Below are positions 21,595-48,646 of a stretch of 64,000 nucleotides of DNA, piece by piece. Made by a program: the position numbers and the translations under genes. The notes below the pieces were generated by a model. The model was not told where the DNA came from and searched no databases. It saw nothing but the letters and a program-made list of their open reading frames with translations. Location of the stretch: the NCBI RefSeq assembly GCF_003790525.1, contig NZ_CP033635.1, one strand, 5' to 3'. This stretch comes from Escherichia coli. GTDB taxonomy: Bacteria > Pseudomonadota > Gammaproteobacteria > Enterobacterales > Enterobacteriaceae. Positions within the stretch are counted from its first letter, which is position 1, and each line of letters starts with the position of its first letter.

Positions 21595-22685
21595 GAAATC
21601 GATTAATTGCCGTGATTTTATGTTTATTTGGCATGGTCGCGGGGGGGCACGCTACGCCAAATGTGACGGCTGAAATTACTTATGATTTGGCCGCTGGTAG
21701 GGCGGATTATTACTTCTGGAATAGGGAAGATCCCCCCGCAGTAAGCTACAACACGACATGGTCAAGTTATAAATGCGATTTTCCTGATGTGCAGCAGACC
21801 TGTACCGCATCAGGAAATTTATCAACAGTGAAAATATATTTGACAGAAAAACGCAGTGGAATGCGTTGGCCCGTCAAACTCAAAGGCTATGTTGATGCGG
21901 AGGTCTGGAACCCGGGTGGAGTCTGTAACGGATGGTCGACGCAAATCGCGTTAGCTAACGGTACGGGTTATCAATGTAAAAGTGCTTCAGACGGTTATAT
22001 ACAACATCTTGCGAGCGCAAAGCCGATGACGCTCTATCTTGAACAGTCCGAAATGAAAAATTTACCAATCGGTGGTGTTTGGGAAGGTTCGGTCAAATTG
22101 CAGTTTACTAATCCGTCTACGGATTATCGCGCCGATATTACGCTTAATGTCCTCGATCCCAACCATATCGACGTGTTCTTCCCGGAGTTCGCCCACGCTA
22201 CGCCACGCGTACAACTGGATTTGCATCCAACAGGCAGCGTTAACGGCAACAACTACGCGCAAGATCTGACTATGTTGGATATGTGCCTGTACGATGGCTT
22301 TAACGGTAACGGTCTTAGCTATGAAATTTTGCTAAAAGATGAGGGAAGAACGGCGGCAGGACGCAGTAATGGTGAGTTTTCGATTTATCGTCAGGGCGCG
22401 AGCTCAACGGATGAAGGGGAGCGTATTGATTACCGTGTCAAAATGTACGACCCGGAATCAGGTGGGCAAATCGATGTGCGCAACAATGAGAGCATGGTCT
22501 GGACCAACATCAACCTTAAACGTGTCCGCCCGGTGGTGCTTCCAGGCATTCGTTACGCTGTGATGTGTGTTCCCACACCGCTGACGCTGGTGGTCGACAA
22601 ATTTAACGTGACGGCAAAACAGGCGGGATATTATATGGGTAAATTGTCGGTCATCTTTACCCCGTCATTGCCGACAATCAATTGA
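21591..22685 (+). CDS. class-5 fimbrial minor subunit / tip adhesin (CfaE/CooD-like)
   Basis: 364 aa; start overlaps the usher stop (ATGA); motifs LPIGGVWEGSVKL, DLHPTGS, DMCLYDGF and C-terminal AGYYMGKLSVIFTPSLPT parallel CfaE (LPFGGVWNAVLKL, RPTGGG, DMCFYDGY, AGQYMGNIKITFTPSSQTL). Confidence 0.82.
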   Translation: MRNRLIAVILCLFGMVAGGHATPNVTAEITYDLAAGRADYYFWNREDPPAVSYNTTWSSYKCDFPDVQQTCTASGNLSTVKIYLTEKRSGMRWPVKLKGYVDAEVWNPGGVCNGWSTQIALANGTGYQCKSASDGYIQHLASAKPMTLYLEQSEMKNLPIGGVWEGSVKLQFTNPSTDYRADITLNVLDPNHIDVFFPEFAHATPRVQLDLHPTGSVNGNNYAQDLTMLDMCLYDGFNGNGLSYEILLKDEGRTAAGRSNGEFSIYRQGASSTDEGERIDYRVKMYDPESGGQIDVRNNESMVWTNINLKRVRPVVLPGIRYAVMCVPTPLTLVVDKFNVTAKQAGYYMGKLSVIFTPSLPTIN

Positions 22686-22700
22686 CCTCGCAGACCAGAA

Positions 22701-22739
22701 AAAACTAAACAACGAAGCCGCCTGAAGAGGCGGCTTCGT
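22701..22739 (-). terminator. rho-independent terminator downstream of exuT
   Basis: Hairpin cgaagccgcc-tgaagag-ggcggcttcg followed on the minus strand by a T-rich tract, directly after the exuT stop. Confidence 0.5.
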
Positions 22740-22760
22740 CATTACAACTTACGTTAATTC

Positions 22761-24059
22761 TTAATGTTGCGGTGCGGGATCGTTATGTGATTCCTGCGCC
22801 ACCTCAATCGCCGGTTTGTTCTGCAATACCGTCCAGATAACCAGTGCCCCCAGTAGGTCGAATACCGCAAGTACTGCGAACAGCGGGCTAAAGCCGATGG
22901 TGTCAGCCAGTGCACCAACCACCAGAGCAAAGAGCGTACTTGCCAGCCATGCGGACATCCCGGTTAAACCGTTCGCCGTCGCCACTTCGTTACGACCGAA
23001 CACGTCAGAAGAGAGCGTAATCAGTGCGCCAGACAGTGCCTGGTGAGCAAAACCACCGATACACAGCAGCATAATCGCGACATACGGGTTGGTGAACAGA
23101 CCGATCATACCCGGGCCAATCATCAGCACAGCACCCAGCGTTACGACCATCTTACGGGAAACGATCAGGTTCACACCAAACCAACGCTGGAACAGCGGCG
23201 GCAGGTAACCACCGAGGATACAACCGAGGTCAGCAAACAGCATCGGCATCCAGGCAAACATCGCGATCTCTTTCAGGTTAAAGCCGTAAACTTTAAACAT
23301 GAACAGCGGGATCCACGCGTTAAAAGTACCCCATGCCGGTTCTGCCAGGAAGCGCGGCAGCGCGATACCCCAGAACTGACGGTTGCGCAGGATCTGACCA
23401 ACGGACATTTTCTTCGCTGTGTCAACCTGGTGCTGGGCTTCCTGACCATTAATAATGTAGTCGCGTTCTTCATCGGTCAGATGTTTCTGGTCGCGCGGAT
23501 GCTTGTAGAAAATCAGCCATGCCATCGCCCAGATAAAGCTCAACGCACCGGAGATGATAAATGCCATCTGCCAGCTGTGCATCACGATTGCCCATACCAC
23601 CAGCGGCGGCGCAATCATCGCACCAATCGAAGAACCTACGTTAAAGTAACCTACCGCGATGGAACGCTCTTTCGCCGGGAACCATTCGGAGCTGGCTTTC
23701 AGACCCGCCGGAATCATCGCGGCTTCCGCGGCACCGACCGCACCACGAGCAACCGCCAGGCCACCCCAACTACCTGCCAGCGCGGTTGCACCACAGAACA
23801 CGGCCCACAGTACAGCAAACATTGCATAACCGATTTTCGTACCCAGCACATCCAGTACATAACCCGCTACCGGTTGCATGACCGTATAAGCAGCAGAATA
23901 CGCTGCGATGATATAGGAATACTGTTGGGTGGAGATGTTTAACTCTTCCATCAGAGTTGGCGCAGCTGCCGCCACAGTGTTACGCGTCAGGTAACCAAGC
24001 ACGGTGCCGAGCGTCACCAGTGCGATCATATACCAACGTAACCCTTTAATTTTACGCAT
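22761..24059 (-). CDS. exuT: hexuronate transporter (MFS)
   Basis: ORF 22761..24179; start taken at MRKIKGLRWYMIALVTLG (432 aa) by K-12 recall; the 40-codon N-terminal extension is rejected. Confidence 0.88.
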   Translation of the reverse strand: MRKIKGLRWYMIALVTLGTVLGYLTRNTVAAAAPTLMEELNISTQQYSYIIAAYSAAYTVMQPVAGYVLDVLGTKIGYAMFAVLWAVFCGATALAGSWGGLAVARGAVGAAEAAMIPAGLKASSEWFPAKERSIAVGYFNVGSSIGAMIAPPLVVWAIVMHSWQMAFIISGALSFIWAMAWLIFYKHPRDQKHLTDEERDYIINGQEAQHQVDTAKKMSVGQILRNRQFWGIALPRFLAEPAWGTFNAWIPLFMFKVYGFNLKEIAMFAWMPMLFADLGCILGGYLPPLFQRWFGVNLIVSRKMVVTLGAVLMIGPGMIGLFTNPYVAIMLLCIGGFAHQALSGALITLSSDVFGRNEVATANGLTGMSAWLASTLFALVVGALADTIGFSPLFAVLAVFDLLGALVIWTVLQNKPAIEVAQESHNDPAPQH

Positions 24060-25954
<1,895 letters not shown>

Positions 25955-25968
25955 GGTCTGGGGTTGAT

Positions 25969-27456
25969 ATGCAATACATCAAGATCCATGCGCTGGATAA
26001 CGTCGCGGTTGCTTTAGCGGATTTGGCTGAAGGCACAGAAGTCAGTGTCGATAACCAGACTGTTACGCTGCGCCAGGATGTTGCTCGTGGACATAAATTT
26101 GCGTTAACGGATATCGCAAAAGGGGCCAACGTCATTAAATATGGCCTGCCGATTGGTTATGCATTGGCGGATATTGCTGCGGGGGAACACGTTCACGCCC
26201 ACAATACGCGCACGAATCTGAGCGATCTGGATCAGTATCGCTATCAACCTGATTTTCAGGATCTGCCTGCGCAAGCGGCAGATCGTGAAGTGCAGATCTA
26301 TCGTCGCGCGAACGGCGATGTCGGGGTGCGTAATGAGCTGTGGATCCTGCCAACCGTGGGTTGTGTTAACGGCATCGCGCGGCAGATCCAGAACCGTTTC
26401 CTGAAAGAGACCAACAACGCTGAAGGTACCGACGGCGTGTTCCTCTTCAGCCACACCTACGGCTGCTCACAACTGGGCGACGATCACATCAATACTCGCA
26501 CCATGCTGCAAAACATGGTGCGCCACCCGAACGCGGGCGCAGTGCTGGTGATTGGTCTGGGCTGTGAAAACAACCAGGTTGCCGCATTCCGTGAAACGTT
26601 GGGCGATATCGATCCTGAACGCGTTCATTTCATGATCTGCCAACAGCAGGATGATGAAATCGAGGCCGGGATCGCGCATTTGCATCAGCTGTATAACGTG
26701 ATGCGCAACGATAAACGCGAGCCAGGCAAACTCAGCGAACTGAAGTTTGGTCTGGAGTGCGGTGGTTCTGACGGTCTTTCTGGTATTACTGCTAACCCGA
26801 TGCTGGGGCGTTTCTCTGACTACGTGATTGCTAACGGTGGTACTACCGTACTGACCGAAGTGCCGGAGATGTTTGGCGCAGAGCAGTTGCTGATGGACCA
26901 TTGCCGCGACGAAGCAACGTTTGAAAAACTGGTCACCATGGTCAACGACTTCAAACAGTACTTTATTGCCCATGACCAGCCGATCTACGAAAACCCATCA
27001 CCGGGGAACAAAGCGGGCGGTATCACCACGCTGGAAGACAAATCACTTGGCTGTACCCAGAAAGCGGGTTCCAGTGTCGTGGTTGACGTGCTGCGTTACG
27101 GCGAGCGTCTGAAAACGCCGGGGCTGAACTTGTTAAGTGCGCCGGGTAACGATGCCGTAGCGACCAGCGCCCTGGCGGGTGCGGGCTGCCATATGGTGCT
27201 GTTCAGTACTGGTCGTGGTACGCCGTATGGTGGATTTGTGCCGACGGTGAAAATCGCCACCAACAGTGAACTGGCGGCGAAGAAAAAACACTGGATCGAC
27301 TTTGACGCGGGTCAGCTGATCCACGGTAAAGCGATGCCGCAGTTGCTGGAAGAATTTATCGATACCATCGTTGAGTTTGCCAACGGTAAGCAAACCTGCA
27401 ACGAGCGTAACGACTTCCGTGAACTGGCGATCTTTAAAAGCGGCGTAACGCTATAA
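25969..27456 (+). CDS. uxaA: altronate dehydratase
   Basis: 495-aa ORF MQYIKIHALDNVAVALADLAEGTEVSV...; immediately downstream of uxaC. Confidence 0.92.
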   Translation: MQYIKIHALDNVAVALADLAEGTEVSVDNQTVTLRQDVARGHKFALTDIAKGANVIKYGLPIGYALADIAAGEHVHAHNTRTNLSDLDQYRYQPDFQDLPAQAADREVQIYRRANGDVGVRNELWILPTVGCVNGIARQIQNRFLKETNNAEGTDGVFLFSHTYGCSQLGDDHINTRTMLQNMVRHPNAGAVLVIGLGCENNQVAAFRETLGDIDPERVHFMICQQQDDEIEAGIAHLHQLYNVMRNDKREPGKLSELKFGLECGGSDGLSGITANPMLGRFSDYVIANGGTTVLTEVPEMFGAEQLLMDHCRDEATFEKLVTMVNDFKQYFIAHDQPIYENPSPGNKAGGITTLEDKSLGCTQKAGSSVVVDVLRYGERLKTPGLNLLSAPGNDAVATSALAGAGCHMVLFSTGRGTPYGGFVPTVKIATNSELAAKKKHWIDFDAGQLIHGKAMPQLLEEFIDTIVEFANGKQTCNERNDFRELAIFKSGVTL

Positions 27457-27538
27457 AGTCGAAATGAGTTGTTAATAAAAAACGGCGTTTCATAATGTGA
27501 AGCGCCGTTTGCTTTTCCATACCTGCTAAGGATTTATC

Positions 27539-28090
27539 ATGACCGCGTATTGGCTGGCCCAGGGCGTGGGTGTCATCGCCTTTCTGATTGGTATCACAAC
27601 ATTTTTCAATCGTGACGAACGTCGCTTCAAAAAGCAGCTTTCGGTCTATAGCGCCGTTATTGGCGTACATTTTTTTCTTCTGGGCACCTATCCTGCCGGT
27701 GCCAGTGCCATCCTTAATGCCATTCGTACATTGATTACCTTACGCACGCGCAGCTTATGGGTAATGGCGATTTTTATTGTGCTGACTGGCGGAATTGGCC
27801 TCGCGAAGTTCCATCATCCTGTCGAACTACTGCCGGTAATCGGCACGATTGTCAGTACCTGGGCGCTGTTCCGCTGTAAAGGGCTGACCATGCGCTGCGT
27901 AATGTGGTTTTCAACGTGTTGCTGGGTGATTCACAACTTCTGGGCGGGGTCGATAGGCGGCACGATGATTGAGGGGAGTTTTCTGCTCATGAATGGCCTG
28001 AATATCATTCGTTTCTGGCGGATGCAGAAAAGGGGAATTGATCCGTTTAAAGTGGAGAAAACCCCTTCCGCCGTAGACGAAAGGGGCTAA
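27539..28090 (+). CDS. ygjV: inner membrane protein YgjV
   Basis: 183-aa multi-TM ORF; synteny. Confidence 0.8.
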   Translation: MTAYWLAQGVGVIAFLIGITTFFNRDERRFKKQLSVYSAVIGVHFFLLGTYPAGASAILNAIRTLITLRTRSLWVMAIFIVLTGGIGLAKFHHPVELLPVIGTIVSTWALFRCKGLTMRCVMWFSTCCWVIHNFWAGSIGGTMIEGSFLLMNGLNIIRFWRMQKRGIDPFKVEKTPSAVDERG

Positions 28091-28093
28091 GTA

Positions 28094-29338
28094 TTAGTTA
28101 CGCAGGGCGCTATTTGCCAGACGATCGTCTTCCGCCTGGCAAGCTGCCGCAGTGAACAGCACGTCAGTTGAAGAGTTCAGCGCGGTTTCGCAAGAGTCCT
28201 GCAATACGCCGATGATAAAGCCGACGGCAACCACCTGCATGGCGATATCGTTCGAAATACCGAACATATTACAGGCCAGTGGGATCAGCAGCAGAGACCC
28301 CCCCGCCACGCCGGATGCGCCACAGGCACACAGAGAAGCCACTACGCTTAACAGCAGCGCTGTGGGCAGATCCACCGGAATACCCAGCGTATTAACCGCA
28401 GCCAGCGTCAACACGGTAATGGTGATTGCTGCGCCCGCCATATTGATGGTGGCTCCCAGCGGAATAGAAACGGAATAGGTATCGCGATCCAGATTCAGCT
28501 TTTCACACAGCGCCATATTCACCGGAATGTTCGCTGCAGAGCTGCGGGTGAAGAAGGCATACACGCCGCTTTCGCGCAGGCACAGCAGCACCAGCGGGAA
28601 CGGGTTACGACGAATCTTCCACCACACCAGCAAGGGGTTAACCACCAGCGCCACCAGCAGCATACAGCCAACCAGCACGACCAGCAGTTGCGCGTAGCCC
28701 CACAGTGTGGAGAAACCGGTGGTTGCCAGGGTAGAAGAAACCAGACCAAAAATACCGATCGGTGCGAAGCGAATGACCAGTTTCACCATAAAGGTGACGG
28801 CATTCGACATATCGTTGACCAGGTTTTTGGTGGTCTCGTTACCGTGACGCAGTGCGAAACCGAGGCCAATTGCCCACACCAGGATCCCGATATAGTTACC
28901 TTTCAGCAGCGCGTCAATGGGGTTGGAAACCATGCTCATTACCAGCCCGCGCATTACTTCTACAATGCCTGACGGCGGCGAAATATCACCCGCGCTACTG
29001 GACAAGTGCAGGGTAGAAGGGAAGGCAAAACTGAAGATTACTGCGGCCAGAGCAGCAGAGAAGGTGCCCAGCAGATAGAGGAACAAAATAGGGCGGATAT
29101 TGGTTTTCTGCCCGTGCTGGTGGTTAGCAATAGATGCCATTACCAGCATCAACACCAGGATGGGGGCAACGGCTTTCAGTGCGCCGACGAACAAAGTACC
29201 TAACAGACCAACAGCTTCCGCCGCGGGTTTTGAGATCCATGCCAGAAGAATCCCCAGAACAAGGCCGACCAGGATTTGTTTTACCAGGCTGCCATGAGCC
29301 AGACGCCGGAATAGCCCCGGTGAACGTTGCGTAGTCAT
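28094..29338 (-). CDS. sstT: Na+-coupled serine/threonine transporter
   Basis: 414-aa [37 protein letters not shown]...; DAACS family. Confidence 0.9.
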   Translation of the reverse strand: MTTQRSPGLFRRLAHGSLVKQILVGLVLGILLAWISKPAAEAVGLLGTLFVGALKAVAPILVLMLVMASIANHQHGQKTNIRPILFLYLLGTFSAALAAVIFSFAFPSTLHLSSSAGDISPPSGIVEVMRGLVMSMVSNPIDALLKGNYIGILVWAIGLGFALRHGNETTKNLVNDMSNAVTFMVKLVIRFAPIGIFGLVSSTLATTGFSTLWGYAQLLVVLVGCMLLVALVVNPLLVWWKIRRNPFPLVLLCLRESGVYAFFTRSSAANIPVNMALCEKLNLDRDTYSVSIPLGATINMAGAAITITVLTLAAVNTLGIPVDLPTALLLSVVASLCACGASGVAGGSLLLIPLACNMFGISNDIAMQVVAVGFIIGVLQDSCETALNSSTDVLFTAAACQAEDDRLANSALRN

Positions 29339-29661
29339 TTTTCGATCCTTTCATTGTGTTGTCGCACATCCCTGGTGCGTTCTGTCGACGCATCTTTCAG
29401 GATGTAACAAAGTGTTTGCAAGGTCGAGTATAAGGAAAGTTACAGCTTCGGGAAGCGAAAAATGCTGGATTTTAAAGAGAGGTCATATTTTGCAACTTAA
29501 TGGTTACATTTGTTTGACATAAAAATAAAGCCCAACGTGCAGCTTCCAGACTGATGACAACGTCAAAAAAGTACTCGGTCAGTCCCCTCGCCCCTTTTGG
29601 GGAGAGGGAGAAAACGGTGCTCATGTTGATGACAGGGTACACGGCGTGGGCAGATTAAAAA

Positions 29662-30627
29662 TCATCCAACCCGCTGCTTATCATGCCGATAATTCACCCA
29701 GGCGTTGATAATAAACGTCATCACCAGAATGCCAAACACCACGCCCAGCGAGACGGCGATCGGAATATGGTAGAAGTCGACAATCAGCATCTTGATACCG
29801 ATAAACACCAGAATCACCGCCAGACCATATTTGAGCATCGAGAAACGCTCTGCCACACCTGCCAGCAGGAAATACATCGCACGCAGGCCGAGGATCGCAA
29901 ACAGGTTTGAGGTCAGCACAATAAACGGATCGGTGGTCACGGCGAAGATAGCCGGAATACTATCCACGGCGAAAATCACGTCGCTCAACTCCACCAGAAT
30001 CAGCACCAGCATCAGCGGCGTGGCATACAACAAACCATTCTTACGCACAAAGAAATGCTCGTTGTCGATGGTGTCGGTCATGCGTAAATGACCGCGTAGC
30101 CAGCGCACCAGCGGCTTGTCGCCAATGCCTGATTCATCTTCATGGGCGAGCGCCATCTTCACGCCGGTAAACAGCAGGAAGGCACCGAAGATATACAAGA
30201 TCCAGTCGAACTGTGAAATCAGCCAGCTACCAGTGAAGATCATGATGGTACGCAGAACAATCGCCCCGAGCACGCCATACACCAGCACGCGACGTTGTAA
30301 TGCCGCCGGAACAGAGAAATAGCTGAACAACATCAGCCAGACAAAGACGTTATCGACCGCCAGCGATTTCTCAATCAGATAACCGGTGAGGAAGGCCAGT
30401 GCCTGTGGATCGGCAACGGCGCGACCTTCGGTTTGCACCAGATACCACCAGAAAGCGGCGTTAAACAGTAACGACAGCGTCACCCAGACCAGCGACCAGG
30501 CCGCAGCCTGTTTCATGGTCATGGCATGTGCCCCACGACGCCCCTGCAACAACAGGTCGATAGCCAGCATAATGGTGACAACAACAGCGAATCCGCCCCA
30601 TAGCAACGGCGTGCCGACAGTATTCAT
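29662..30627 (-). CDS. alx: TerC-family membrane protein (putative Mn exporter)
   Basis: 321-aa multi-TM ORF; synteny with K-12 alx (ygjT). Confidence 0.88.
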   Translation of the reverse strand: MNTVGTPLLWGGFAVVVTIMLAIDLLLQGRRGAHAMTMKQAAAWSLVWVTLSLLFNAAFWWYLVQTEGRAVADPQALAFLTGYLIEKSLAVDNVFVWLMLFSYFSVPAALQRRVLVYGVLGAIVLRTIMIFTGSWLISQFDWILYIFGAFLLFTGVKMALAHEDESGIGDKPLVRWLRGHLRMTDTIDNEHFFVRKNGLLYATPLMLVLILVELSDVIFAVDSIPAIFAVTTDPFIVLTSNLFAILGLRAMYFLLAGVAERFSMLKYGLAVILVFIGIKMLIVDFYHIPIAVSLGVVFGILVMTFIINAWVNYRHDKQRVG

Positions 30628-30639
30628 AGAAGTTCCTTA

Positions 30640-30890
30640 CACATAAAAAAACGGCCAACGTCGGAAGACGTCAGCCGCTGCTTTTTATGCATAGACCTCG
30701 CCTTCCGGCAAGGTCTCACTTACAACAAAAAAGGAATACGTCTGCGTATTCCTTTCGGGTTGCCCGGTGACCGGATGTGGTTTTTCACACATCGTAATGA
30801 CGATCGACCGGCAATGAAGTTACTCCCCTTTGCAGGTAACAAAGTATGACAGACCATTCAGTCAGTCAATGGTCTGTTACATACCTTTTA
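30640..30890 (-). ncRNA. sraF: alx 5' leader (SraF / yybP-ykoY Mn-riboswitch-type element), approximate bounds
   Basis: About 280-bp untranslated gap upstream of alx. By established knowledge the alx leader is a structured pH/Mn-responsive RNA; I did not verify the fold by eye. Confidence 0.4.
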
Positions 30891-30910
30891 CACTGTTTTA
30901 CTTTGGCAAT

Positions 30911-31897
30911 TTATAGTTTTACGCTATCTGCCGGAAAAATCACCCTAGTCTGGCGGCGGATCTCGGTCAGCAGTTTGGCGGTGATGCGACTGACCGCCAG
31001 CCCTGGATGATCCACCAGATGCTCATCCACCAGGGTAGCGAACAGCTCTGCTTCGTAGAGCATGGTATTAATATGCTGCGGTTGGGTGAGATCCTGCATC
31101 TGGCTGCCACGCGGAACAAAGCAAACTTTCTGGCATTCAGACAGTTTTTCAATCACCAGCGATCCCGCTTCGCCCTGAATCTCGCTTGCCAGGACAGAAT
31201 CGCTCACTTTTGAGTGCTGCAACGTAACGCTGAAATCACCGTAATCCATCACCACCACGCCGTGGGCATCCACACCGCTTGCCAGCAAACTGGCGGTTGC
31301 CTGCACGCTTTTCGGTTCACCGAATAATGCCACCGCCGACGCCAGGCAGTAAAAGCCGATATCCATAATTGAACCGTTAGAGAATGCCGGATTAAAGGTG
31401 TTGGGATTCTCACCATCCAGGTAACGTTGATACCGCGAGGAATACTGGCAATAGTTGAAAAAGACTTTACGCAGTTTGCCGACTTTCGGCAGCGCCTGGC
31501 GCAACAGATGAAAGTTCGGCAGGCTGGCGGTTTTAAATGCCTCAAACAGCACCACCTGATTTTCCCGCGCACAGGCAATGGCGGCATCCACTTCCGCCAG
31601 ATTCGACGCCAGTGGCTTCTCGCAAATCACATGAATTTTGTGACTAAGGAAAAGTTGTGTCTGGGAAAAGTGCAGGGAATTCGGGCTGGCAATATACACC
31701 GCGTCAATGGCATCGCTTTCTGCCATCGCTTCCAGCGACGTAAACAGATGCTCGACAGAAAAATCATTGGCGAAGTGCTGGGCCTGTTCAAGACTGCGGG
31801 AATAAACGGCGGTTAACTTGTATTTACCGCTCTCATGGGCGGCCTCGACGAACTGGCGAGTGATCCAGTTCGTACCAATCACAGCGAAACGTATCAT
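30911..31897 (-). CDS. ygjR: Gfo/Idh/MocA-family oxidoreductase
   Basis: ORF 30911..31915; start at MIRFAVIGTNWITRQFVEAAHESGK (Rossmann N-terminus). Confidence 0.8.
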   Translation of the reverse strand: MIRFAVIGTNWITRQFVEAAHESGKYKLTAVYSRSLEQAQHFANDFSVEHLFTSLEAMAESDAIDAVYIASPNSLHFSQTQLFLSHKIHVICEKPLASNLAEVDAAIACARENQVVLFEAFKTASLPNFHLLRQALPKVGKLRKVFFNYCQYSSRYQRYLDGENPNTFNPAFSNGSIMDIGFYCLASAVALFGEPKSVQATASLLASGVDAHGVVVMDYGDFSVTLQHSKVSDSVLASEIQGEAGSLVIEKLSECQKVCFVPRGSQMQDLTQPQHINTMLYEAELFATLVDEHLVDHPGLAVSRITAKLLTEIRRQTRVIFPADSVKL

Positions 31898-31975
31898 AAC
31901 GCGTGGATACTCCATAAAGGGATTCTCTCGTCACTGTAGCACGCCTTTTTTATCTTCGACGTGCGCAGATACGCA

Positions 31976-32659
31976 TTATTCTTTTGCCGGACAGCCATGC
32001 TCACTAAACGGCCCAATCATAACCAACGGCCCGAGATATTTCGGCTGGCGATGGAGGATTTTCGCATCAATCACCGCGCTGACTCTGGCAAGTTTTTCCC
32101 GCAGTTGAGTATATAAACCGTGTTTCATATTCAGGTCTGGCGCGTTAAAACCGATAGCATCGATACCATACTGTTTTGCCAGCCAGATGGCGCGTTGGTT
32201 ATGAAATTCTTGCGAGATAATGGTGATATGGTTTTCACTAAACACCTTGTTGGCACGCACCACCGAATCAAGCGTTGAGAATCCGGCATAGTCGCAGAAG
32301 ATCACTTTTGCCGGTACGCCTTTAGCGATCAAGGCTTGCTGCATTCCTGACGCTTCATCGTAATTTTTACGTCCATTATCGCCGCTCACCAATAGCCATT
32401 TCACTTTTCCGGCGTGGTACAACTCTGCGGCGCTATCAATACGTCGGGTAAAGTAGCGATTACCCGGCCTGGCTCCCAGCAATAAACCCACGTTCCGCGC
32501 CGGAACGGCGTTGACATCGCTCCAGGTCAGTTGTTGGCTGGCGTTTACCATAACGCGATCGGCAATAAAAATGGTCGCTCCTGCTATAAGCAACAATAAA
32601 CAGCCAATCTTAAGAGTCCGGCGAGAAAAACAAATACGGAGAAGAAGGCGGGGCTGCAT
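31976..32659 (-). CDS. ygjQ: DUF218 (YdcF-like) protein
   Basis: 227-aa ORF with N-terminal TM anchor; synteny. Confidence 0.78.
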   Translation of the reverse strand: MQPRLLLRICFSRRTLKIGCLLLLIAGATIFIADRVMVNASQQLTWSDVNAVPARNVGLLLGARPGNRYFTRRIDSAAELYHAGKVKWLLVSGDNGRKNYDEASGMQQALIAKGVPAKVIFCDYAGFSTLDSVVRANKVFSENHITIISQEFHNQRAIWLAKQYGIDAIGFNAPDLNMKHGLYTQLREKLARVSAVIDAKILHRQPKYLGPLVMIGPFSEHGCPAKE

Positions 32660-32735
32660 GGTCGTTATCCTTAACGAAAGGGGGGAGGTCGATTTTAGGC
32701 GCTATAGGAAGAAAAAATAACGCCTGACATCATTT

Positions 32736-33239
32736 TCAGATTTTGTCCTGCCCAAGCGACAACTGCGTTAGCCACAGCCGGGTGTCGAACTCAAGCTGGT
32801 GGTACTGCGGCTCCATATGGCAGCACAATTGATAGAACGCTTTGTTATGCTCTTTCTCCTTCAGGTGCGCCAACTCGTGCACCACGATCATGCGCAAAAA
32901 CGGTTCCGGCGCGTTGCGAAACACGGTAGCGACGCGGATCTCCGCCTTTGCTTTCAGCTTGCCGCCCTGCACACGCGAAACAGCGGTATGTAACCCGAGC
33001 GCATTTTTCAGCACATGGATCTTGTTGTCATACATCACTTTATTGATCGGCGGGGCATTGCGCAGAAACTGATTTTTAAGATCCTGAGTATATTGCCAGA
33101 GGGCTTTATCGGTGGCGTAGTCGTGTGTTCCCGGATAGCGTTTTGCCAGCACATCGCCCAGACGCTGTTCGTTAATCAGCGTTCGCACCTGGGAAAGTAG
33201 CTGCTCGGGATAACCCTGAAGATAAGTAAGATTGCTCAT
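32736..33239 (-). CDS. ygjP: metal-dependent hydrolase (WLM/HExxH-like)
   Basis: ORF 32736..33275; start at [15 protein letters not shown]; contains [11 protein letters not shown] (HExxH). Confidence 0.8.
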   Translation of the reverse strand: MSNLTYLQGYPEQLLSQVRTLINEQRLGDVLAKRYPGTHDYATDKALWQYTQDLKNQFLRNAPPINKVMYDNKIHVLKNALGLHTAVSRVQGGKLKAKAEIRVATVFRNAPEPFLRMIVVHELAHLKEKEHNKAFYQLCCHMEPQYHQLEFDTRLWLTQLSLGQDKI

Positions 33240-33323
33240 AACCGCCCACGAAAAAGAGAAAAAGGGTATACTCACGCACCCTTTTCAGGGGCAACGTCGA
33301 AATTTTATCATTCAGGAGGGCCG

Positions 33324-34460
33324 ATGAGCCACTTAGACAACGGTTTCCGTTCACTGACACTACAACGTTTTCCGGCGACGGATGACGTTAACCCGCTACA
33401 GGCGTGGGAAGCGGCGGATGAATATTTGCTGCAACAGTTGGACGACACAGAAATCCGCGGCCCGGTGTTGATCCTGAATGATGCCTTTGGTGCGTTAAGT
33501 TGTGCGCTGGCGGAACATAAGCCGTACAGCATTGGCGACTCATACATCAGTGAACTGGCCACGCGCGAGAATTTACGCCTCAACGGGATTGATGAATCGA
33601 GCGTGAAGTTTCTCGACAGCACCGCCGACTACCCGCAACAGCCGGGCGTGGTACTGATCAAAGTACCGAAAACACTGGCGTTGCTGGAACAACAACTGCG
33701 TGCGCTGCGCAAAGTGGTCACGCCGGATACACGTATTATTGCCGGTGCTAAAGCCCGTGACATTCACACCTCCACGCTGGAACTGTTCGAAAAAGTGCTC
33801 GGTCCGACCACCACCACACTGGCATGGAAGAAAGCGCGCCTGATTAACTGCACTTTCAACGAGCCGCCGCTGGTTGATGCACCGCAGACCGTTAGCTGGA
33901 AGCTGGAAGGTACTGACTGGACTATCCACAACCATGCGAATGTCTTCTCCCGCACCGGGCTGGATATTGGCGCGCGCTTCTTTATGCAGCATCTGCCAGA
34001 GAATCTCGAAGGTGAGATTGTCGATCTCGGTTGTGGTAATGGCGTTATTGGTCTGACGCTGCTTGATAAAAACCCGCAGGCGAAAGTGGTGTTTGTCGAT
34101 GAATCGCCGATGGCGGTTGCTTCCAGCCGTTTGAACGTTGAAACCAACATGCCAGAGGCGTTGGATCGCTGCGAGTTTATGATTAACAACGCGCTCTCCG
34201 GCGTGGAGCCTTTCCGCTTTAATGCTGTGCTCTGCAACCCGCCGTTTCATCAGCAACATGCGCTGACCGATAACGTCGCCTGGGAGATGTTCCACCACGC
34301 CCGCCGCTGTCTGAAAATCAACGGCGAGCTGTATATCGTTGCCAACCGTCACCTGGATTACTTCCACAAACTGAAGAAAATTTTCGGCAACTGCACCACC
34401 ATCGCCACGAATAATAAATTTGTGGTGCTGAAAGCAGTGAAGCTGGGGCGTCGTCGGTAA
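33324..34460 (+). CDS. rlmG: 23S rRNA (guanine1835-N2)-methyltransferase
   Basis: 378-aa ORF with SAM-binding motif [10 protein letters not shown] and NPPFH catalytic motif. Confidence 0.9.
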   Translation: MSHLDNGFRSLTLQRFPATDDVNPLQAWEAADEYLLQQLDDTEIRGPVLILNDAFGALSCALAEHKPYSIGDSYISELATRENLRLNGIDESSVKFLDSTADYPQQPGVVLIKVPKTLALLEQQLRALRKVVTPDTRIIAGAKARDIHTSTLELFEKVLGPTTTTLAWKKARLINCTFNEPPLVDAPQTVSWKLEGTDWTIHNHANVFSRTGLDIGARFFMQHLPENLEGEIVDLGCGNGVIGLTLLDKNPQAKVVFVDESPMAVASSRLNVETNMPEALDRCEFMINNALSGVEPFRFNAVLCNPPFHQQHALTDNVAWEMFHHARRCLKINGELYIVANRHLDYFHKLKKIFGNCTTIATNNKFVVLKAVKLGRRR

Positions 34461-34475
34461 GATTGGCAGCTACCT

Positions 34476-34566
34476 GCCAGATAAGGCGTAAACGCCTTAT
34501 CTGGCATACGTTCAGCACATTACCCCCAGGTCGGATAAGACGCGGCAAGCGTCGCATCCGGCACTT
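34476..34566. repeat. REP element cluster
   Basis: ctgccagataaggcgtaaacgccttatctggca and cggataagacgcggcaagcgtcgcatccggca palindromic units between rlmG and fadH. Confidence 0.55.
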
Positions 34567-34577
34567 CAATGCACAAT

Positions 34578-36623
<2,046 letters not shown>

Positions 36624-36766
36624 TTATGTGGTCGGATGAGTTCTAATTTAGCCGTCGCCGGAGAAAAGGGAAAAGGGGAGTGCGGGGTTTGTGATGGGAT
36701 TCAAAAAGAATACGCCCGTTCGTCATGCCGGACGGCGGTAATACAGTCGTCCGGCATCGGGAAAAA

Positions 36767-46713
<9,947 letters not shown>

Positions 46714-46714
46714 T

Positions 46715-47090
<376 letters not shown>

Positions 47091-47094
47091 AAAG

Positions 47095-48646
<1,552 letters not shown>

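Larger units (their letters stand above)
17300..22700. other. accessory islet between exuR and exuT carrying a class-5 fimbrial operon
   Basis: By recall, exuT and exuR are adjacent in K-12. Here about 5.4 kb of AT-rich DNA carrying four fimbrial genes on the opposite strand separates them. Confidence 0.7.
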
